Assembly (NCBI GenBank): GCA_965206025.1
Contig: CBDBIU010000003.1
Location: 156,372 to 220,371, forward strand
Source: Bryobacterales bacterium
GTDB taxonomy: Bacteria; Acidobacteriota; Terriglobia; Bryobacterales; UBA6623
Reading direction: 5' to 3'
DNA: 64,000 nucleotides
The translations under genes were made by a program, and so were the position numbers. Below, one piece after another: positions 57,745 through 64,000 of this stretch (positions are counted from its first letter, which is position 1; every line of letters starts with the position of its first letter). The notes below the pieces were generated by a model that saw only the letters and a list, made by a program, of their open reading frames with translations, did no database searches and was not told the DNA's origin.

Positions 57745-58989
57745 TTGACTATCCAAGTGCAAAACACCAGCAAGCTGAACCTGCAACAGATCCAGCAGTT
57801 TCTCCACTCCAGCGAGGAGATTCGATTCAAAGGCAAAGGGCGGGCCGAGATCTACACGTGGGTGGCGCGCACGCTTCGCCAGCACGGCTACAGCCGCCAA
57901 AACCGCGCCGACAAAGGGCTGCTGCGGCAGTATCTGGTCAAGATGACCGGACTGAGCCGGGCGCAAATCACGCGGCTGATCCAGCAGTACCGGCAGGGCG
58001 GAGAACTCCAACCTGCCCGCTACCGGCGGCATCGCTTTGCCCGCAAGTACACGCCCGCCGACGTCGAACTGCTGGCGGCGGTGGACGAGGCCCACGAAAC
58101 CCTCAGCGGCCCGGCCACGCGCAAGATCCTCGAGCGGGAATACCAGCAGTACCAGCAGCGCGAATACGAGCGGCTGGCGGGGATCTCGGTGGCCCAGATC
58201 TATCGCCTGCGGCGGCGCAGAGCCTACCGCCAGCGGCGGCTGCATTTCACCAAGACCCGGCCCACGGCGGTGTCGATCGGCGAGCGGCGCCGGCCCGACC
58301 CGCAAGGCCAACCCGGCTTTCTGCGAGTGGATACGGTGCATCAAGGGGATCGCGATGGCGTCAAGGGCGTCTACCACATCAATGCCGTGGATGAAGTCAC
58401 CCAGTGGCAAGTGGTCGGCGCCACGCCCGCGATCAGTGAAGCCTGGCTGGAGCCGTTGCTGAAAGCCATGATCGAGCAGTTTCCCTTTCGTATCCGCGGC
58501 TTCCATTCCGACAACGGCAGCGAGTTCCTCAATCGCACGGTGGAGAAGCTATTGAACAAGCTGCTGATCGAACAGACCAAGTCGCGTCCGCGGCACTCCA
58601 ACGACAACGGCTTGGTGGAATCGAAAAACGGCGCGGTGATCCGCAAACACATGGGATATACGTACATCGCGGCGCCGCACGCGGGGCGCATCCAGCGCTT
58701 CTACCAACAGCACTTCAATCCCTATTTGAACTTCCACCGGCCCTGCGGACAGCCCGAGATCAAGACCGACGCCAAAGGCAAGCAGAAGCGGGTGTACCGC
58801 CACTACCAGACGCCTTGGGAATCTTTCGAGAAGTTGCCCGAGGCCGCCAGCTATCTCAAGCCAGGGCAGAGGCTGGAGGCTCTGGGCCGCATTGCCCAGG
58901 CCGAAAGCGACACGGCGGCGGCCCGCCGGATGCAGCGAGCCAAGCAGAAGCTGTTTGCCAGTTTCCGTTCCGCGAACACGCCGTGCTGA
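57745..58989 (+). CDS. DDE (rve) transposase, identical in protein sequence to copy 1
   Basis: Same 414-aa translation; one synonymous CCC/CCT difference seen. Confidence 0.93.
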   Translation: MTIQVQNTSKLNLQQIQQFLHSSEEIRFKGKGRAEIYTWVARTLRQHGYSRQNRADKGLLRQYLVKMTGLSRAQITRLIQQYRQGGELQPARYRRHRFARKYTPADVELLAAVDEAHETLSGPATRKILEREYQQYQQREYERLAGISVAQIYRLRRRRAYRQRRLHFTKTRPTAVSIGERRRPDPQGQPGFLRVDTVHQGDRDGVKGVYHINAVDEVTQWQVVGATPAISEAWLEPLLKAMIEQFPFRIRGFHSDNGSEFLNRTVEKLLNKLLIEQTKSRPRHSNDNGLVESKNGAVIRKHMGYTYIAAPHAGRIQRFYQQHFNPYLNFHRPCGQPEIKTDAKGKQKRVYRHYQTPWESFEKLPEAASYLKPGQRLEALGRIAQAESDTAAARRMQRAKQKLFASFRSANTPC

Positions 58990-59003
58990 ACAGCAGGAAG
59001 AGG

Positions 59004-59109
59004 GCTGTGGAAATGACGGGCGATGGAAAACGAGGAAAACCAAAACCAGGTTTCCCTTCGTTTCCCACCGCCCTTGGAAATCGCTCCGCGATTCCCACAA
59101 TCCCACAAC
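59004..59109 (-). ncRNA. Candidate antisense structured RNA at the IS 3' end (copy 2)
   Basis: Same fold as 16720-16825. Confidence 0.45.
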
Positions 59110-59472
59110 CCCGACGACGATTCTCCCCTTCCCAAAACTCAAAATCAAAAAGCCCGAAAGGAGCCCCAGCGACTCAAAAAGCCCCAACCCCCGTCTTCAG
59201 GCTCATCCTTCGATGAGAAAATGCTGTACATGGCAACGCGGGCCGCTGGCCGCGGCCGTCTAAGCGGCCGACGCTCCCGGCGAAGCAACCGCGCGGGGTT
59301 GGCGGGATCCACTCGTTGTGCTCAGCCCTCGCCCCTTTGTCGAGGGTGAGGCCCGGGGAGCTTTCTGGTCGTGGAGATCCGCAGCGTAGAGCACTGCAAA
59401 CGTGGGTCATGGCTTTGTGGGAAGTTATCATAGAGGAATTCCAGGGGGCACTGGCCCGAACGGGAATCGATC

Positions 59473-60207
59473 GTGGCGCTTCGCAGAATCTTCGTAGAGT
59501 GTATCCGCGGGGCGACGGCAAGGGTCCGTGGCCCGCGCGCCCATCATTTGCGCCGTGTCGTGCGGCTGCGGACGGGCGAATTGGTGGAGATCTCCGACCA
59601 GGAAAGGCTCTTTCTGGCTGCCGTGAGCCGCTCGGCCGGGGAAGGAATTGAGTTCGAGATCAAGGAAACCCTGGCCCCGCCCCCGAGTGCTCCCACGATC
59701 GTACTGATGATGGCCGTCATCAAGTTTGCCCGGCTGGAATGGGCGATCGAGAAGGCGACCGAGCTGGGGGTTTCTTCCATTGTCCCCCTGGCGGCCGCCC
59801 GCTGTGAGGCTAGACTGATCCAGACCGGGGGCAAACGTCGGGAGCGTTGGCAGCGGATTGCCGAAGAAGCTGCCCCGCAGTCGCGACGCTTGGCTGCTCC
59901 GAGCATCGAGCCGGTGACACCCCTCATCGAGGCGCTGTCGAGGCACGGCGCGCAACTGCCGATCATCCTCGACACCGATTGCCCGGCGTTGAAAAACGCC
60001 GCGGGGGAGTTTCAGACGAAGACCCAGTCAACGCAAATAGTCTCGGTCGCGTTGTTGGTCGGCCCCGAAGGCGGCTGGACCCATGACGAACGTGAAGCGG
60101 CTGACCGCGCCGGCTACCGGCCGGCTTCCCTCGGCAAGCTGATCTTGTGCTCGGAAACGGCCGCTGTCGCCGCTGTGGAAGTTCTGGCCCACCTGTTGGA
60201 GGCCTAA
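59473..60207 (+). CDS. rsmE: 16S rRNA m3U1498 methyltransferase
   Basis: HHLRRVVRL, IEKATELGV, RWQRIAEEAA.QSRR, VGPEGGW, LG..IL.SETAA; stop TAA in the repeat terminus. Confidence 0.9.
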   Translation: MALRRIFVECIRGATARVRGPRAHHLRRVVRLRTGELVEISDQERLFLAAVSRSAGEGIEFEIKETLAPPPSAPTIVLMMAVIKFARLEWAIEKATELGVSSIVPLAAARCEARLIQTGGKRRERWQRIAEEAAPQSRRLAAPSIEPVTPLIEALSRHGAQLPIILDTDCPALKNAAGEFQTKTQSTQIVSVALLVGPEGGWTHDEREAADRAGYRPASLGKLILCSETAAVAAVEVLAHLLEA

Positions 60208-60399
60208 CCCGCTTTTCTCGCCGCGACTGCGGTGGATGAGGCGAAAGGCCCCGCGGTCATGGCTCGCGGCAACAGCTTGTCTACACCGCCCGGCGTACGG
60301 TATGTCGGCAATTGGGCGCGATGAATCGCGCCCCTACATCCCTGACGGCGGGCATTTGCTTGCACTTCACCTCGCCACGTGGTGAGAGAAGCGGCCTAG
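60204..60399. repeat. 196-bp composite CTAG-bounded repeat with an internal GTAG REP (60314-60337)
   Basis: CTAACCCGCTTTTCTCGCC...CTCGCCACGTGGTGAGAGAAGCGGCCTAG; the left module matches 30245-30315 inverted. Confidence 0.8.
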
Positions 60400-60402
60400 C
60401 CG

Positions 60403-62157
60403 TCAACCCGGCTTCGCCGAGACCGGCCCCTCAGCCGCCGGCTCTCGCTCCTGTGCGCGCTCCACCAACGCGGACACGTCGTAAAGGCGCATCAGCCCGC
60501 CCGAGCTTTGAAAAACGACCGGCAGGTTCTCGAAAAGCAGGTCGATTCGGCGCAAGTAGTCCTCACGGTGGCTAAACCAGAAGAACTCGTCGATGCCCCT
60601 CACCCAGTATCGAGCTCCGATGTGACGCGCCGTGTCAAGGATCCGGTCCAGATCTCGGCGCACGGCTTCTTCTCGCTCGGTGTAGTAGATCTCCTTGGAA
60701 AAAGCGATGGGCCACATTCCCTGCCGGCCCGTGTAGAGGTAAAGTTCCCCGTCGTCTCTGCTGACGAAACGATCCGAGGCGTCGGTGTTGTTGCGAACCC
60801 ACTCGTAGAGCTCGAACCTCTCCTTTTGTATGTCCACTCGACTTTTGCGCATCGTGTCTAGGTGTGCTCGGGACGAATCGAGGTAAGCGGCGCCCATTCG
60901 CAGTACCAGAAAGGCCGCCACGAGAGCCAATCCCGCTGCGATCAACTTGTCCAAGACCGGCTTCTTGCCGCGCAGGGTGTCCGCGATCGCAGGTCCGAAA
61001 TGCCTGCCTTCCGTCCAGGCCCCAAGACAAAATAGAGGCAGGAACGGAACAGAAAGGCGATCCATAAGCTCACCATGTGTCCAAGCGATGATCGTGCCGG
61101 CGTGGAGCAGATACGTCCAATGAATGATGGCCCAGCCTTGCCGGTGCGCATGTCGCGCGATACCCGCTATGACGCCGACTCCCAGCGTAACCGCAATGGC
61201 GTTGTGTGCCAGCTTACTCAACGCCTCCGGCAACAAAGGGACGCGCAAGGGAATCAGCAGAAAATAGTTGCCAATGGTCAGTAGCGTGGAGAACAGATTC
61301 TTCCAGACCATGCCCCACAGTACTTCCCAGTCGCTTGCGTGCAGCTTCCAGAACCCCAAGTAGCTCGTATAGTAAAGCCAAGTCTGTTGGAAGCCCGGCC
61401 CGCCCTGCGCGACCCACGGGTCCAGCGGGTCGTTATGCCCCTGCAAGAGCTTGCCCAGAACAATCAATGGGACGCTCGTAGTCAGGAACACGGCGGTGGA
61501 ACGGTACTGTTTGCGGTAAACAGCAACACCCGCTATCGGTATGAGAAGCGTGAACGCGATCGTGCGCAGCAGCATGGCCGTGCCGCTCAGCAGCCCGAGG
61601 ATCGCCATCAGGGCGTAAGCCCGCTCCCGCCTGAGGGCGCGCTGCGCCACAGCGGCGATGCACATGATGAATGCCATTCCCGGCACGTCCGTCATCAGCC
61701 GGGCGCCGTGCACCAAGAAAAAGGGATGCAGCCCGCAGAAGGCTGTTATGCCCAAAGCCGGCCATTTTCCTAATCCCAGACTCTTTAGCAGGAAATACGA
61801 TGCCGCCAGGGCTAGGCACGCGAACGCGGTTACAAGCGCCATCGCAGCCCCTAGGTTGGAAGGGAAAGCGAGATGCCACCTCCACACCAGAGACAGCAAC
61901 CAGGGGTACAACACGGGGTACTTCGTCTGGCGAGGCGTTTCCGGAACGCTCGGCATGATGTAGCCGCGCCCTTCCGCCAGCGCCTTGGCCGAACTCATCA
62001 TGAGCGTGTCGTCATGAGCTAAGCCAAATAGGGCCACCGGATCCAGTCGATACAACGACCAAACCGTCGCCGCGCAAATCACCGCCAACGAAAGCACGGT
62101 CACCGCCGCGCCGCGCCGCGGTCCGCGGCCCACGCTCGAATCCGGCTCATACGTCAT
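60403..62157 (-). CDS. Multi-TM GT-C fold glycosyltransferase-like protein
   Basis: HDD..MM..AKALAEGRGY, KYP.LYP.LL, LMTD.P, about 11 TM helices, soluble C-terminal domain. Confidence 0.75.
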   Translation of the reverse strand: MTYEPDSSVGRGPRRGAAVTVLSLAVICAATVWSLYRLDPVALFGLAHDDTLMMSSAKALAEGRGYIMPSVPETPRQTKYPVLYPWLLSLVWRWHLAFPSNLGAAMALVTAFACLALAASYFLLKSLGLGKWPALGITAFCGLHPFFLVHGARLMTDVPGMAFIMCIAAVAQRALRRERAYALMAILGLLSGTAMLLRTIAFTLLIPIAGVAVYRKQYRSTAVFLTTSVPLIVLGKLLQGHNDPLDPWVAQGGPGFQQTWLYYTSYLGFWKLHASDWEVLWGMVWKNLFSTLLTIGNYFLLIPLRVPLLPEALSKLAHNAIAVTLGVGVIAGIARHAHRQGWAIIHWTYLLHAGTIIAWTHGELMDRLSVPFLPLFCLGAWTEGRHFGPAIADTLRGKKPVLDKLIAAGLALVAAFLVLRMGAAYLDSSRAHLDTMRKSRVDIQKERFELYEWVRNNTDASDRFVSRDDGELYLYTGRQGMWPIAFSKEIYYTEREEAVRRDLDRILDTARHIGARYWVRGIDEFFWFSHREDYLRRIDLLFENLPVVFQSSGGLMRLYDVSALVERAQEREPAAEGPVSAKPG

Positions 62158-62190
62158 CGATCAATCCCGGATAAACCCCGGTGGTCTAAG

Positions 62191-63857
62191 CCCGCATTTT
62201 CAATTTGATGTTTGACATCCCGACCTTCCAGCGGCCTTGAGCGTCTTTATTCATAGGGGCTAGAGCCCGATGAGGACGCCATGGAGGCCAACACCCAATG
62301 GGTGAAAAACAAACCAAGCCATTCCAGCTAAGTTTCAACGGCTTGTTGAAAGTCGATTTCCAGGGATCGCACGTCACTTCTGATGGTGGCCTGATTTTGG
62401 TTCGCGAACTGGACGAACGGCTCGGTCTCGGAGAACTGATTGACGAGCATCTCAGCGACTCCCGGCAAGGCACAAACAAGCAGTTCACGCTCGCTGATCT
62501 GTTGCGGCAGTCGGTCTACAGCCGCTTGGCGGGCTACGAGGACCTCAACGACGCCGAGCGGGTTTCGATCGATCCGACGTTTCGGCTGATCGGTTCGCAG
62601 AAGATCTGGGATCGCGGTGCGGCCTTGACCTCGACGCTGCACGGCTTCGAGACGGAGATGCTGGCGAGCGAAGAGAACCTGCTGGGGCTGATGGCGCTGA
62701 ACCGAGAGCTGGTCGGGCAAGCGGAGGCGTTCGACGACTCCGAGCGGGTCGTTCTGGACATGGACTCCACCGAGAGTCCGGTCCATGGCCAACAGGAAGG
62801 CAGTGCCTACAACGGACACTTCGAGTCGGTCTGCTACCATCCGTTGCTTTTGTTCAACGGTCATGGTGATTGCCTCGCTGCAAAGCTGCGTCCAGGCAAC
62901 GTGCACAGCGCCGACGACTGGGATGAGCTATTGTTGCCGGAGATCGAGCGCCAACAGGCTGCGGGCAAGCAGGTCGCCTTCCGGGGCGATGCGGCCTTTG
63001 CCAAGCCGGAGGTTTATGAGGCTTCGGAGGAACGCGGAGTACAGTACGCCATTCGCATTCCGGCCAACAAGAGCCTGGAGTTGGAGATCGAGGACATCCT
63101 GTTTCGGCCACCGGGCAGGCCGAGCGCCAAGCCCCTGGTGCGCTACAAGAGCTTCCGCTATCAGGCCGCCAGTTGGAGCAAACCGCGGCGCATCGTAGCG
63201 AAGGTTGAGCACCACCCGGGCGAACTGTTCGCGCAACCCGGCTTCATCGTCACCAACATGACCCGGCCCAGTCGCTCGGTGGTGCGCTTTTACAACAAGC
63301 GCGGCACGGCCGAGCAGTGGATCAAGGAAGGCAAGCAGGCCACGAATTGGACACGGTTGTCGTGCCATCGTTTTCGCGCGAACGAAGTTCGCTTGCAACT
63401 CAGCGTCCTGGCTTACAACCTCGGCAACCTGTGGCGGCGGCTGGGACTGCCACCAAGCATCAAGAGCTGGTCGCTGACGAGCTTGCAGCAGCGGCTGATG
63501 AAGACCGGCGGGCGGCTGGTCAAGCATGCCCGCTACTACTGGTTGCTGCTGGCCGAGGGGCATCTGAACCGGCGGCTGTTCGGTGACATGCTGCACAGGA
63601 TCTGGGCGCTGCCGCTGCCGAGCGGGTAGCGTTGACCGGGCTAGGATCAACAGTTTTCGGCTCCAAAAAGGTTTGGCAGGGAGCAGTGTCGGCCGCAGCG
63701 CCGTTCAGGCCGCGCAATCAACGTCTGTGAGCGGACGGACGAGCCCTGGCGCCTACCGGCGGAGGGGATGTGCAGGGTTCAGCGCGAAAAGACGTGGCAT
63801 TCGGGCCGGCGCGGATGTATACTGTGGCCGTGCCAAGGCCAAAACGGAAATCCTGGG
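62191..63857 (+). mobile_element. IS1380-family insertion sequence (1,667 bp)
   Basis: Imperfect IRs CCCGCATTTTCAATTT / AAAACGGAAATCCTGGG; 4-bp TSD TAAG at 62187-62190 and 63858-63861. Confidence 0.85.
62298..63629 (+). CDS. IS1380-family transposase
   Basis: F.G..VTSDGGLIL, AGYEDLNDA, LDMDST, RGDAAF, FY.KRGTAEQWIKEGK, F.ANEVRL.L..LAYNL. Confidence 0.95.
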   Translation: MGEKQTKPFQLSFNGLLKVDFQGSHVTSDGGLILVRELDERLGLGELIDEHLSDSRQGTNKQFTLADLLRQSVYSRLAGYEDLNDAERVSIDPTFRLIGSQKIWDRGAALTSTLHGFETEMLASEENLLGLMALNRELVGQAEAFDDSERVVLDMDSTESPVHGQQEGSAYNGHFESVCYHPLLLFNGHGDCLAAKLRPGNVHSADDWDELLLPEIERQQAAGKQVAFRGDAAFAKPEVYEASEERGVQYAIRIPANKSLELEIEDILFRPPGRPSAKPLVRYKSFRYQAASWSKPRRIVAKVEHHPGELFAQPGFIVTNMTRPSRSVVRFYNKRGTAEQWIKEGKQATNWTRLSCHRFRANEVRLQLSVLAYNLGNLWRRLGLPPSIKSWSLTSLQQRLMKTGGRLVKHARYYWLLLAEGHLNRRLFGDMLHRIWALPLPSG

Positions 63858-63885
63858 TAAGACACCTCGAACACAGGCAACCCCG

Positions 63886-64000
63886 CTAGCCCGCTTTTCT
63901 CACCACCTGACGGTCGAAGCACGCGATCAGCCCGCCATGACCGCGTTGCGCTTGCTCGCCGTGCTCAACGTAAAGTTCAAGCACGCCCGCATTATTCAAG
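63886..64000. repeat. CTAG-bounded MITE-like repeat, inverted relative to 4573-4772 and cut by the window end
   Basis: CTAGCCCGCTTTTCTCACCACCTGACGGTCGAAGCACGCGATCAGCCCGCC... Confidence 0.85.

Larger units (their letters stand above)
57655..59225 (+). mobile_element. 1,571-bp insertion sequence, copy 2
   Basis: Same ends as copy 1; 5-bp TSD GTACA at 57650-57654 and 59226-59230; sits between the divergent S1-like gene and rsmE. Confidence 0.93.

Noticed and set aside
57288-58506. Long alternative-frame ORFs over the transposases (57288-58394, 57664-58506, 17323-18165, 17435-18229)
   Set aside because: Shadow ORFs of GC-rich coding DNA with Arg/Pro/Ala-rich composition and no domains.
16604-59225. 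Composite transposon or inversion bounded by the two inverted IS copies
   Set aside because: Each copy keeps its own matching TSD (CCCGC; GTACA), so they are independent insertions with no recombination between them. The enclosed DNA includes ordinary housekeeping genes.
1-64000. CRISPR array, cas genes, tRNA or rRNA
   Set aside because: The repeats are dispersed, not regularly spaced with unique spacers. I saw no cas motifs, T-loop cloverleafs or rRNA signatures.

Overview
A GC-rich bacterial chromosomal window, most likely Acidobacteriota (Bryobacterales/Solibacter-like). This is inferred from the TIGR03437-like IPT/TIG protein, the DUF1553/DUF1501 pair and the MoxR-vWA cluster. Housekeeping genes (mutY, orphan nuoB, msrP, ygfZ, pdxS/pdxT, asnS, ddl, glsA, an S1-domain protein, rsmE) are mixed with envelope and accessory genes and a dense mobile/repeat layer. 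That layer comprises: (i) two near-identical 1,571-bp DDE/rve IS copies in inverted orientation, each with its own 5-bp TSD and a 3' multi-hairpin whose G-U pairs all favour the antisense strand; (ii) a 1,667-bp IS1380 with a TAAG TSD; (iii) three near-identical 456-bp ISL3-like MITEs with 8-bp TSDs, two of which break genes; (iv) about 13 copies of a modular CTAG-bounded palindromic repeat that supplies stop codons to several genes and apparently the start codon of mutY; and (v) GTAG-type REPs. The best candidates for undescribed systems are the IS-borne antisense structured RNA, a Cys/His-rich polyproline-tailed leader gene before a His-loop TonB-dependent receptor, an FHA / Arg-Walker-A MinD / glutaminase unit, and a split MoxR-vWA cluster with a gluzincin-TPR protein and a Cys-to-Ser caspase-fold protein. 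I saw no CRISPR array, rRNA or tRNA. All family assignments come from motif recognition by eye; no searches were run.
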